NCBI GenBank assembly: GCA_016235455.1
Contig: JACRKZ010000021.1
Coordinates: 1 to 64,000 of the forward strand
Length of the DNA: 64,000 nucleotides
Direction of reading: 5' to 3'
Origin: Armatimonadota bacterium
GTDB lineage: Bacteria; Armatimonadota; UBA10988
The first letter of the stretch is position 1. Each line of letters opens with the position of its first letter. The position numbers were made by a program, and so were the translations under genes. Below the pieces are notes generated by a model. The model was given only the letters and a program-made list of their open reading frames with translations. It did no database searches and was not told where the DNA came from. Positions 18,106 through 27,131 of this stretch are shown in pieces.

Positions 18106-18260
18106 ACAGCGGAACCTACGTGGCCCTGGGCGCCTGCCTGCTGGGCTGGGCCAGCCTGGGTGTGTATGCGTCCATGCTCATCAGCCGCGCCCGGCAACTG
18201 CCCTCGCCGGAGGAGCACGCGCCGGACGACGCACCGACAGTGACCGTACGCGACGCCTGA
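18102..18260 (+). CDS. ccmD: CcmD-like small membrane protein (absent from the ORF track)
   Basis: 52 aa MNSGTYVALGACLLGWASLGVYASMLISRARQL…; ATGA overlap with ccmC; one TM segment followed by a basic/polar tail; lies between ccmC and ccmE. Confidence 0.75.
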   Translation: MNSGTYVALGACLLGWASLGVYASMLISRARQLPSPEEHAPDDAPTVTVRDA

Positions 18261-18295
18261 GCACTGCCCGCAGTGCAGGCTCCGAGGAGATACCC

Positions 18296-18700
18296 GTGGA
18301 GGGACAGCGCAAGAAGTTCGTGCTCGGCTTGGTGTTCATCGTGCTCCTGGCCTTGGTGGCCATCAAGGGCATGAGTGGCTCCATGGCCGCCTACCAGAAC
18401 AGCTATGAGACCGTGAAGAGTCAGCCGGGCCGCGTCTTCCAGGTGCCCGGCGTGGTGGATAAGTCGGTGGCCGAGCAGGTCGACCGCCAGGCCGGCTCCT
18501 TCCAGTTCACCATGCGCGACGTGGAGACACGGGCGCAGAGCATGGTCGTGCGCTCAAAGCGCATCAAGCCCGGCAACTTCGACACGGCGACCCAGGTGGT
18601 CTGCATCGGGCGCTACAAGGACGGCGTCTTCGAGGCCGACAACATCCTGGTCAAATGCCCCTCCAAGGAGCAGGAGAAGCTCAAGGCCGCCGGCGGCTAG
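18296..18700 (+). CDS. ccmE: CcmE heme chaperone, Cys-type variant
   Basis: GGAG RBS plus GTG; N-terminal TM; KPGNF…VVCIGRY…FEADNILVKCPSK. Confidence 0.85.
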   Translation: MEGQRKKFVLGLVFIVLLALVAIKGMSGSMAAYQNSYETVKSQPGRVFQVPGVVDKSVAEQVDRQAGSFQFTMRDVETRAQSMVVRSKRIKPGNFDTATQVVCIGRYKDGVFEADNILVKCPSKEQEKLKAAGG

Positions 18701-18735
18701 CGCTCCGTGCTGGTCCGCGACCCTAACGAGGCACC

Positions 18736-19383
18736 ATGTCCGAGTCCCGTCTGCCCGTGGCGCTGGAACTGCGAGGCCGCCGCGTCGTGGTCATCGGCGG
18801 CGGTCAGGTGGCGCGGCGCAAGGTGCTGAGCCTGCTCGACGCCGAAGCCGTGGTCACAGTCGTGGCGCCACGACTGTGCGCGGAGCTGGCCGAGCTCGTG
18901 GCCGCCGGTCGCATCGGCCAACACGCGCGCGGCTATGCCGAAGGCGACCTGGCCGACGCTTGGCTGGCCTTTGCGGCCACGGACGACCAGGCCATCAACC
19001 AGGCCGTCGCCGCCGAGGCGGAGGTCCGGCGCATCTGGTGCAACTGCGCCGCGCCACCCGAAGCCGGCAACTGCCACGTACTGGCGGCGGTGCGGCGCGA
19101 GGGCGTCACCGTGGCGCTGGGCACCGACGGCGCCAGCCCGTTCGCCGCGCGCCGCCTGCGCGAACGCGTGGAACAGGTCATCAGCCCCGAGGTGGCCCAA
19201 CTGGTGAGCCTGCTGGGCGAGCTGCGCAGCGAGGTGCAAGCCCGCGTGGCCACGGAATCGGCACGGCGCGCCTGCTATGAGACAATGTGGGACAGCGCGG
19301 CGCTCGACCGGCTGGCGGCCGGAGACCCCGACGGGGCGCGTGCGGTGCTACAGGCCATTCTGGATGAGGCGGCGAACGGGTGA
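18736..19383 (+). CDS. precorrin-2 dehydrogenase/sirohydrochlorin ferrochelatase (SirC / CysG N-terminal)
   Basis: VVIGGGQVARRK, AATDD..N and GTDGASP. Confidence 0.9.
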   Translation: MSESRLPVALELRGRRVVVIGGGQVARRKVLSLLDAEAVVTVVAPRLCAELAELVAAGRIGQHARGYAEGDLADAWLAFAATDDQAINQAVAAEAEVRRIWCNCAAPPEAGNCHVLAAVRREGVTVALGTDGASPFAARRLRERVEQVISPEVAQLVSLLGELRSEVQARVATESARRACYETMWDSAALDRLAAGDPDGARAVLQAILDEAANG

Positions 19384-20693
19384 ACAACGAGCTCCACATC
19401 GTGGCGGCAGGCCTCAACCACCGCACCGCACCCATCGAGGTGCGGGAGCAGGTGGCTTTCGGCAACGGACGCTTGGAGGCCGCGCTGATCCAGATCACCG
19501 ACCAGCCCGCGCTGGGCGAAGCGGTGATCCTGTCGACCTGCAATCGCGCCGAGCTGTACGCGGCCGCGTCCAGCGCGCCAGAGGCACTCGATGCGCTGGC
19601 GCGCTTCCTCAGCGAGTTCCACGGCGTGGAGCAGGCAGCGGTCTCGCCTCACCTGTACCGCTACGAGGACGAGGAGGCGGTGCGGCACCTGTTCACCGTG
19701 GCCGTCGGGCTCGACTCCATGGTGCTGGGTGAAGGGCAGATCCTGGCCCAAGTGAAGCAGGCGCTGCTCTCGGCCAGCGAGGCCGGTTCGGCGCGCACCT
19801 GCCTGCAGGAGCTGTTTCAGCGCGCACTCAGCCTGGGCAAGCGGGCCCGTACCGAAACTGCCATCGCCCGCGGCGCGGTGTCCATCAGTTCCGCCGCGGT
19901 GGACCTGGCCAAGACCACCTTCGGCGACCTCAAGGGCCGCGAGGTGCTGGTCGTGGGCGCGGGCGAGATGAGCCGGCAGACGCTCACCCACCTGGTGGAC
20001 AGCGGCGTCAAGTCGGTCATCGTCGCCAATCGCACCTTCGAGAACGCCGACGAGCTGGCCGGCGAGTTCGGCGGCAGCGCCATCCGTTTCGACGAGTTCC
20101 CCCAGCATCTCGACCGCGCCGACATCATCGTCTCGTCCAGCTCGGCGCCGCACGCCATCATCACCGTGGAGAAGCTGCGACCCCACCTGGCCACGCGGCG
20201 TGGCCGGCCCTTGTTCATCGTCGACATCGCCGTGCCACGCGACGTCGAGCCGGCGGTGGCCGACCTCGAGGATGTCTACCTGTTCGATATCGACGACCTG
20301 CAGACCGTCTGCGACCGCTATCGCGCCGAACGCGCCAAGGAGGCCGAGGCGGTGGCGGTGATGGTCGATGAGGAGACGCGGCGGTTCGAGCACTGGCTGG
20401 GCAGCCGGGCCGTGACGCCGCTCCTGGTCGAACTGCGCACGCGCACCGAAGCGCTGCGCGATACCGAACTTGAGCGCTGGATGCGGCGTCTGCCCAATCT
20501 GGAGCCCGAAGAGCGTGAGTTGGTGGGTCAGATGATGCGCAGCTTCGCCAACAAGCTGCTGCACGGCCCGACCACGCACCTGCGCGCCATGGCGGGCCGA
20601 GAGCAAGGGGCCGAGTGGGTGCCCTTCGTGCGGTCGCTCTTTGAGCTGCACGAGCACATCGACGCTCAGAGCGACGAGGAGGACGTACGATGA
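19380..20693 (+). CDS. hemA: glutamyl-tRNA reductase
   Basis: GLNHRTAP, LSTCNRAE, GLDSMVLGEGQILAQ, GAGEM and DIAVPRD. Confidence 0.97.
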   Translation: MNNELHIVAAGLNHRTAPIEVREQVAFGNGRLEAALIQITDQPALGEAVILSTCNRAELYAAASSAPEALDALARFLSEFHGVEQAAVSPHLYRYEDEEAVRHLFTVAVGLDSMVLGEGQILAQVKQALLSASEAGSARTCLQELFQRALSLGKRARTETAIARGAVSISSAAVDLAKTTFGDLKGREVLVVGAGEMSRQTLTHLVDSGVKSVIVANRTFENADELAGEFGGSAIRFDEFPQHLDRADIIVSSSSAPHAIITVEKLRPHLATRRGRPLFIVDIAVPRDVEPAVADLEDVYLFDIDDLQTVCDRYRAERAKEAEAVAVMVDEETRRFEHWLGSRAVTPLLVELRTRTEALRDTELERWMRRLPNLEPEERELVGQMMRSFANKLLHGPTTHLRAMAGREQGAEWVPFVRSLFELHEHIDAQSDEEDVR

Positions 20694-21520
20694 CCGCGCT
20701 GTGCGTGCTGGCTGAGACGGTGGCGCTGTTGGGCCTGTTGGCCGCGGCGGTCACGTTCCCACTACGGCTGCTGCGGCCGGACCGCGACTACACGCGCTGG
20801 GGGCAGCGCGGCATGTTGCTGGGAGCCGGGTTGCTGGGCATGGGGCTCATGGCGCATTTCGTGCGCCGCGGCGAGGGTCCGCTCGGTGATTGGGCCAACA
20901 TCTCGTTCCTGCTCGTGCTGCTGCTGGCGCTGGCGGTGCTGTGCGTGGAACGGTTCGCCAAACGGCCCGCCCTGGCCGCGTTCATCACGCCGCTCATGTT
21001 CGGCACCGCGTTGCTGGGTCTGTTGCGCGCGGCCAAGGCGCTGCCCGCCATCAGCAACCACTGGCTGGTCGTGCACATCCTGCTGTCACTGGTGGCCTAT
21101 GTCTGCTTCACACTGGCTTTTGCCATGGCCGCCTCGTACCTGATCTCCGACCACCTGCTCAAGCGCAAGCAGCTCGAACGGCTGCCGCTGCTGCCGCCAT
21201 TGGCCTCGGCCGACCGTGTCGGGCATGGCGCGGTGATGGTCGGGCTGGCATTGTTCACCATCGGCCTGCTGGTCGGCGCGCTGACCTTTTGGGACTTCGG
21301 CGTGGGTATGGATCCCAAGATCCCGGCGGCTATGGTGACCTGGCTGATCTACGCTGGCTACCTGGGCCTGCGCCACCTCGCCGGCTGGCGCGGCCGGCGG
21401 CTGCAGTGGGTGCTCGTGGCCGGGTTCGCCATGGTGGTCATCACCTTTGCCTTCTTCGGGCACAATGCCGTGCGGCTCAAGGCGCCCGACGCGGCTCCGG
21501 TGACGACCGAGCGGGCCTAG
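20690..21520 (+). CDS. CcsA/HemX-like cytochrome c assembly membrane protein
   Basis: About 8 TM segments; WLVVHI, DPKI…TWLIY and GWRGRR; adjacent to hemA. Confidence 0.8.
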   Translation: MTALCVLAETVALLGLLAAAVTFPLRLLRPDRDYTRWGQRGMLLGAGLLGMGLMAHFVRRGEGPLGDWANISFLLVLLLALAVLCVERFAKRPALAAFITPLMFGTALLGLLRAAKALPAISNHWLVVHILLSLVAYVCFTLAFAMAASYLISDHLLKRKQLERLPLLPPLASADRVGHGAVMVGLALFTIGLLVGALTFWDFGVGMDPKIPAAMVTWLIYAGYLGLRHLAGWRGRRLQWVLVAGFAMVVITFAFFGHNAVRLKAPDAAPVTTERA

Positions 21521-23265
21521 CCAGGCCCGCGCAGGTAGCACTCCGTCGACTGCCCCCAGTGCTCGCCGTTGACCACCACGTCGAAGGTGACCATAAGCAC
21601 ACCGCTCAGGTGCGCGCAGTCGACCGGCCAGGTCAAGCGCGTCTGCTCGCCAGGCGCGATGGTCACGGTCTGGGTGACGCCGCGGATGCCCACCGGCGTC
21701 ACCGTCAGCGCCATCGGCCCGTCACTGGGGTTGCGACAGATCAGCGCCACCTCGCGCGCCGTGGCGGCCGGCTGCACATACGGTCGCGCCTCGATCAGGT
21801 GCGGGTTGTGGTGCCGACCCAGAGCGTCGTCGGGCGACAGATCGGCCAGTAGGGCCTCTGCCTCGTAGCTCCACGCCACCACTTCCTCGAAGTCCTCGCG
21901 CCGGAACGGATACGGCTGGCGATGGCTGGCCAGAATCCAGTCGGGCGCCAGCGACAGCACCAGCTCGGCCGAGCGCCGCCAGAGTCGCGGCTGCCCGCCA
22001 TTGAAGGCGCTCAGGCCGCCCGTACCACCCCATTGCTGCGCGGGATAGAAGTTGTCGCCCGCGAACAGCGCGCGGTGGCCATCGATGATCAGGCTGTAAG
22101 CGGCATGCAGATCCGTCTGCGCCGGGAACCAGTAGGGCGTCAGTTCATACTCGCGCCAGCGCACGGGCACGGCCTCGGCCAGCGGGCGGTCGACCTTCGT
22201 CGGGCTGTCGTGCATCCACGGCCGCGCAAAGGCGTAGGGCTGCTCGATCACGTCGAGCAGCGACTCATGCGCCCAGCATGCCAGCGGGTGCGCAGCGCGC
22301 AGCGGTTCGATGCCCATGACGTGGTCGCAGTGGGCATGGCTCACCAGCACCACCTCGATGGGCTGCTCACCGAACACCTCGCGGTAGCCAGCCTGCCAGC
22401 GCTCGGGGCTCACGTCGGCATCCACAAGCAGCACCGGCCCGTCGTCGCTGCGCAGGAAGTAGCTGTTGTCGCACAGCCACAGGTGGTCCGAGACCTGCAC
22501 AAACTGGCCGGGCCGCGAGCGCACCAGCCGCCGGACGGCAGGCCGGCCGGCTAGGTTGGTATCGCGCAGGTCAGCCAGTCGGTACAACCGGGCAATGGTC
22601 ACCGTGAGCGCACAGTCGACCTCGCGGCAGGTCACCGGGCCGTGGCTCGGACAGAGCCAGTCGGCCCGCAGGTTGCGCAGCGCGCAGAGCGTGTCGGCGG
22701 CCAGACGCGTGCCCGCGCCGGTGTAGTGGTCGTTCTCCAGGTGGTAGCCTTCGTGCACGCAGCCCAGCGAGTGGATGGCATCGCCGCACAGCAACGCGAT
22801 GCCGGCCGGCCCTTCGGCCAGGATGGCGATCTGGTGGTCGCAATGGCCGGGCGCGGCCACGATGGCCAGATCGAACGGGCCGAAGGCCACCTCGCGGCCG
22901 GGACTCAGGTCGTACACCGCGCCCGGAATGGGCGGCGAGATGCGGAACGGCCACGGATAGCGGATGTGGCAGGGCGACGGCAGCGCGTAGTCGAGCCGCT
23001 GGGCGCGATCGAGGTGCGCCGCGGCGGCCGGCGCGAAGTGCAGGGGGATGCCGGCGGCCTGTGCCCAGCCCTGGCATTGGTCGGCATGGGCGTGGGTGAA
23101 CCAGACCGCCTCCACCGTCTCGACGCCGATGTCGGGCAAACGGGCCAATCCGGCACCGCTGCCCAGGTCGATGAGCAGCGCGCGCGTGCCGTCAACGAGC
23201 GCGTAGACGTTGACACAGTCCTCAAACCGCCACAGGCCCTCGGCGATGGGTTGCCACGCGCGCAC
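21517..23265 (-). CDS. tandem MBL-fold metallo-hydrolase
   Basis: Two metal motifs, THAHADQ and SHAHCDH; LIDLGSG; PGH. Confidence 0.85.
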   Translation of the reverse strand: MRAWQPIAEGLWRFEDCVNVYALVDGTRALLIDLGSGAGLARLPDIGVETVEAVWFTHAHADQCQGWAQAAGIPLHFAPAAAAHLDRAQRLDYALPSPCHIRYPWPFRISPPIPGAVYDLSPGREVAFGPFDLAIVAAPGHCDHQIAILAEGPAGIALLCGDAIHSLGCVHEGYHLENDHYTGAGTRLAADTLCALRNLRADWLCPSHGPVTCREVDCALTVTIARLYRLADLRDTNLAGRPAVRRLVRSRPGQFVQVSDHLWLCDNSYFLRSDDGPVLLVDADVSPERWQAGYREVFGEQPIEVVLVSHAHCDHVMGIEPLRAAHPLACWAHESLLDVIEQPYAFARPWMHDSPTKVDRPLAEAVPVRWREYELTPYWFPAQTDLHAAYSLIIDGHRALFAGDNFYPAQQWGGTGGLSAFNGGQPRLWRRSAELVLSLAPDWILASHRQPYPFRREDFEEVVAWSYEAEALLADLSPDDALGRHHNPHLIEARPYVQPAATAREVALICRNPSDGPMALTVTPVGIRGVTQTVTIAPGEQTRLTWPVDCAHLSGVLMVTFDVVVNGEHWGQSTECYLRGPG

Positions 23266-23273
23266 GGTTCACC

Positions 23274-23477
23274 TCAGATCGGCTTGACGATGGTCGCCTT
23301 GGGTCCCTTGGCGCCGGGCTCAGCTTCATAGGCCACGCGCTGGCCCTCGAGCAGCGTGCGGTAGCCGCCGGTCTGAATGACCGAGTGGTGCACGAACACG
23401 TCGGGGCCGCCGTCATCGGCCTGGATGAAGCCGAAGCCCTTCTCTTCGCTGAACCACTTCACGATGCCCTCGGCCAC
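23274..23477 (-). CDS. cold-shock protein
   Basis: [12 protein letters not shown] and DVFVHHS (RNP1/RNP2); strong AGGAGG RBS. Confidence 0.97.
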   Translation of the reverse strand: MAEGIVKWFSEEKGFGFIQADDGGPDVFVHHSVIQTGGYRTLLEGQRVAYEAEPGAKGPKATIVKPI

Positions 23478-23577
23478 AGCACTCTCCTCCTACCAGATAG
23501 CCTTGCCGCGCCGAGGTTGTCAAGTGCCCCCACCACAGCCAAGCCCGTCTGCTACAATGGGTCCGAAGGTAGGGCAC

Positions 23578-24585
23578 ATGGAGACCAAGCGGGCAATCGT
23601 GTTGACGGGTGCGGCTGGGTTCGTAGGCTTCCACACCGCGCAGGCGCTGCTGGCCGCGGGTCACGAGGTGGTGGCCATCGACGCCGTCGTCGACTATTAC
23701 CCCACCATCATCAAGCGCCGCCGCCTGGCCATCCTCGCCGAACAGCCCGGCTTCCGCTTCGTCGAAGGCGATCTGGCCGACCAGAGCACGGTCGACGCAC
23801 TGTTCGAGGACGTGCGGCCCGAGCTCGTCTGCCATCTGGCCGCGCAGGCCGGCGTGCGCCATTCGCTGCGCCATCCGCGCGACTACCTCCGGGCCAACAT
23901 CGACGGTACGCTCAACATCCTCGAAGGCTGCCGCCACAACGGTGTGCGCCGCCTGGTCTATGCCTCGTCGTCCAGTGTCTACGGCGGCAATACCAAGGTG
24001 CCCTTCAGCGAGGAGGACCGGGTCGACTCGCCGATCAGCCTGTATGCCGCCACCAAGCGGTCCAACGAGCTGATGGCCCACGCCTACACGCACCTGTTCG
24101 GCTTCGAGACCGTCGGTCTGCGCTTCTTCACGGTGTACGGTCGCTGGGGCCGGCCCGACATGGCACTGTGGGAGTTCACCGAGCGGATCCTGGCCGGCGA
24201 GCCGATCCGCGTGTTCAACTACGGCGAGATGCAGCGCGATTTCACGCACGTCAGCGACATCGTTAAAGGTGTGGTGGGAAGCCTGTTCGCGGAGGGGCTG
24301 GACGCCTGGGAGGTGTTCAACCTGGGAAATCATCGTAGCGAGAAGCTAGGCGACATGATAGACTGCATCGAACAGGCGTGCGGCCGCGAAGCCCAGCGCG
24401 AGCTCCTGCCGATGCAGGCAGGCGATGTCCCGGCAACGTATGCAGACATCGATCGCGCTCAGGCCAAGCTGGGCTTTGTGCCCACCATGCCCATCGCCGA
24501 AGGCATCCCGGATTTCGTCGCGTGGTATCGCTCGGAGCCCGAGATCGCCGAGGCGGCTCGGCAGTGGCGGCTGCGGCTCGATTAG
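23578..24585 (+). CDS. NAD-dependent epimerase (UDP-glucuronate 4-epimerase-like)
   Basis: TGAAGFVG, HLAAQAGVR, YAATK and RFFTVYGRWGRPDM. Confidence 0.92.
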   Translation: METKRAIVLTGAAGFVGFHTAQALLAAGHEVVAIDAVVDYYPTIIKRRRLAILAEQPGFRFVEGDLADQSTVDALFEDVRPELVCHLAAQAGVRHSLRHPRDYLRANIDGTLNILEGCRHNGVRRLVYASSSSVYGGNTKVPFSEEDRVDSPISLYAATKRSNELMAHAYTHLFGFETVGLRFFTVYGRWGRPDMALWEFTERILAGEPIRVFNYGEMQRDFTHVSDIVKGVVGSLFAEGLDAWEVFNLGNHRSEKLGDMIDCIEQACGREAQRELLPMQAGDVPATYADIDRAQAKLGFVPTMPIAEGIPDFVAWYRSEPEIAEAARQWRLRLD

Positions 24586-24601
24586 GTTCGAGGCCCATGA
24601 A

Positions 24602-24745
24602 CGGAGGACACGAAGGGGCACACTAACGGCGTCCAACTGGGACCAGATCGTAACATGCTCATGAGCAGCCCCCAGCCACGGCATGCCAGGCGACCTGGTC
24701 CTCCTTCCTCCCGTCGTCGTTTCCCGTGCCCCTTCGTGTCCTCCG
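24602..24745. repeat. 20-bp perfect inverted repeat enclosing a 104-nt spacer
   Basis: CGGAGGACACGAAGGGGCAC (24602-24621) / GTGCCCCTTCGTGTCCTCCG (24726-24745). Confidence 0.88.
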
Positions 24746-24776
24746 CGGGCTTCCTCCCGTGCTGATTCTCTAGACC

Positions 24777-24813
24777 GCGCCTTGCTCAGGCGGCAGCGCC
24801 TTGCTCAGGCGGC
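24777..24813. repeat. 18-bp tandem duplication spanning the glmM stop codon
   Basis: GCGCCTTGCTCAGGCGGC at 24777-24794 and 24796-24813. Confidence 0.85.
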
Positions 24814-26151
24814 CGCGGTGGCCAGCCCCGCCACGCCGAACGCGGTCTCCACGAACCCGACCACCTGGCCAAGCAGGCCGGCGTCGGGCCCTTCGGCCAT
24901 GATGCGGGCCAGGTTCTCCGTGCCGCTGTAGCGCACGATCAACCTGCCATGCCCGTTGAGCAACGCGCGCCCGGCGGCAATCGCCTCGCTGACCGGAGAC
25001 AGACCTTCCAATTCCGGCTTGGCCAGCACACGCACGTTCTTCACGGCCTGGGGCACCAGGGCCACCTGCTGCGCCAGTTCGCACAGCGGTCGACCCGATT
25101 CGGCCACCACGGCCAGTAGCTGCATTGCCGTCAGCAGTGCGTCATCGGTGGAGAGGAGCCGCCGGAAGATCAGATGCCCCGACGGCTCACCACCAATGAC
25201 AGCCCCCAGCTCAAGCATTTTCAGCCACACATTGCGGTCGCCAACACGCGACCGGTGCAGGGCGATGCCCTGCTCACGCAACCACAGCTCTAATCCGATG
25301 TTGCTCAGCACCGTGCCGACCACGGCCTGTCCATCGAGCTCGCCGCGCCGGGCCATGGCCTGCGCCGTCAACCCGATGATGCGGTCGCCATCGACCGTCG
25401 CGCGCTGTTCGTCGACGAACACGACCCGGTCGCCGTCGCCGTCGTGGGCCAGGCCCAGCGCGGCGCCACAGCGGTCAGCCGCCTCGCGCACGGCTGCCGG
25501 ATGCTGAGACCCGCAACTCGCGTTGATCAACTCGCCCTGGTCGTCGGCGTTGATCGCCACCACGTCGACGCCCAGCCGCGCCAGCGCGGTCGGCGTGGTG
25601 TAGGCCGTGGCGCCGTGGCCACAGTCCACCGCCACCTTCAGCCCACGCAGCGACAGGCCGGCGGGCATGGTGCCCACGGCGAAATCCACATACTCGTCGG
25701 CGGCGTGCGGCCGCGGGCTCAGCGTGCCACGGGCCGCGCCGACGGGCTCGTTGGCCCAGAACAGCGTCTCGATAGCGCGCTCACAGGCCGCGGTGACCTT
25801 CTCGCCACCCGGGCCGAACAGCTTGAACCCGTTGTCTGGCGCCGCGTTGTGCGAGGCCGACAACGCCACCGCCGCGGCGCCACCATGGGCCGCTAGAGCC
25901 TGCGCGATGCCCGGCGTGGGCAGCACGCCCAGGTCGATCACGTCGCAGCCGGCCGCCATGATGCCTTCGGCCACGGCGGCGCTGAGCGCCGGTCCGCTGG
26001 GCCGGGTGTCACGGCCGAGGTAGACCGCGCCGCCGCCGCGCGCCATGTGCCGCGCCGTGGCCAGGCCAAAGCGCCAGGCGCCTTCCTCATCAATCGGGAA
26101 CTGACCAGCCGGACCACGAATGCCGTCGGTACCGAACAGTTCAGACTTCAC
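24805..26151 (-). CDS. glmM: phosphoglucosamine mutase
   Basis: FGTDGIRG, SASHN, DGDGDR, GGEPSGH and RYSGTE. Confidence 0.93.
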   Translation of the reverse strand: MKSELFGTDGIRGPAGQFPIDEEGAWRFGLATARHMARGGGAVYLGRDTRPSGPALSAAVAEGIMAAGCDVIDLGVLPTPGIAQALAAHGGAAAVALSASHNAAPDNGFKLFGPGGEKVTAACERAIETLFWANEPVGAARGTLSPRPHAADEYVDFAVGTMPAGLSLRGLKVAVDCGHGATAYTTPTALARLGVDVVAINADDQGELINASCGSQHPAAVREAADRCGAALGLAHDGDGDRVVFVDEQRATVDGDRIIGLTAQAMARRGELDGQAVVGTVLSNIGLELWLREQGIALHRSRVGDRNVWLKMLELGAVIGGEPSGHLIFRRLLSTDDALLTAMQLLAVVAESGRPLCELAQQVALVPQAVKNVRVLAKPELEGLSPVSEAIAAGRALLNGHGRLIVRYSGTENLARIMAEGPDAGLLGQVVGFVETAFGVAGLATAAA

Positions 26152-26855
26152 GGTGCGCTCCCCTCACTGCCGCGCCGGCCAGCAGGCCGGGCCATCGGCG
26201 CCACCACCGTGGACCCGGCCGCATAGCAGCCGACCACGTTGGCCATCGGGTAAAACCGGCATCCACGCCCGGCCACCGTGCCGGGGTTCAAAACCACATT
26301 GCAGCCCGTCTGCGAACGGTCGCCCAGCACCGCGCCAAACTTGCGCAGACCGCTGTTGAGCGGGCCGTCGCTGGTCGACACCATCACCGGGCCCCGACTC
26401 AGGGTCACGTTGGAACAGATGGTGCCCGCGCCCAGGTTCACGTCGCGCCCAATCAGGCTGTCGCCCACGTAGTTGAAGTGCGGCACCTTGGCGCCAGGCA
26501 GCAACACCACGTTCTTCAGCTCGCTGCAATGCCCAACCACGGCGCCCGCGCCAACCAAGACGTTGCCGCGCACATAGCAGCCCTGCCGCAGCTCGGCACC
26601 CGCCTCGATCACCGCCGGCCCCTTGATGTAGGCGCCCGGCTCGATGACCACACCCTCGCCCAGCAGCACCGAGCCGCTGATGAAGACGCCCTCGGGCACC
26701 TCCGGCGCGGCCGCGTCGGCCGTCAGCTCCGCGAGGTAGGTGCCGAGACGACCCAAGGCCGTCCAGACCGGCTCATCGGCCACGAACAACCCGGCATGGT
26801 CCCAGCCTGCCAGATCGAAGAACGACTCGGCCGCCAATCCCAGATCACTCGCCAC
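26148..26855 (-). CDS. stand-alone GlmU-like hexapeptide acetyltransferase
   Basis: Left-handed beta-helix repeats; PHFNYVGDS..G..VNLGAGT and RKFGAVLGD; GTGA overlap with glmM; start uncertain (26855 or 26867). Confidence 0.82.
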   Translation of the reverse strand: MASDLGLAAESFFDLAGWDHAGLFVADEPVWTALGRLGTYLAELTADAAAPEVPEGVFISGSVLLGEGVVIEPGAYIKGPAVIEAGAELRQGCYVRGNVLVGAGAVVGHCSELKNVVLLPGAKVPHFNYVGDSLIGRDVNLGAGTICSNVTLSRGPVMVSTSDGPLNSGLRKFGAVLGDRSQTGCNVVLNPGTVAGRGCRFYPMANVVGCYAAGSTVVAPMARPAGRRGSEGSAP

Positions 26856-26931
26856 AGATCGCCTCATACCCTCTTGCGACCAGCCGCTGCGCCATTTGTT
26901 GCAGCAGCGCTCGCTTCGCATCAACACGACC

Positions 26932-26961
26932 AGTATATCGACCATATGCGGCAATTGTCAA
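26932..26961 (-). promoter_or_regulatory. sigma70-like promoter of the glmU-like/glmM operon
   Basis: TTGACA-N18-TATACT on the minus strand. Confidence 0.65.
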
Positions 26962-27131
26962 GCTGGTGAGAAAATGTTCGCGTTGCACGGAATCGGCGCG
27001 GCGGCGCCGGGCCCCGCCGCCATTCCGGGGTGTAGCCCCGGCCACTCCGCGGGTACAGACTGGCAAGGCGCGCTGGAATAGCCGCGCAACTGGGCGGGCT
27101 CGCGCGTATAGAAGTGGGAGGGTGTGTCCGC

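Noticed and set aside
23478-23525. cspA-like long thermosensor 5' UTR
   Set aside because: A TTGACA box at 23518-23523 implies a very short leader
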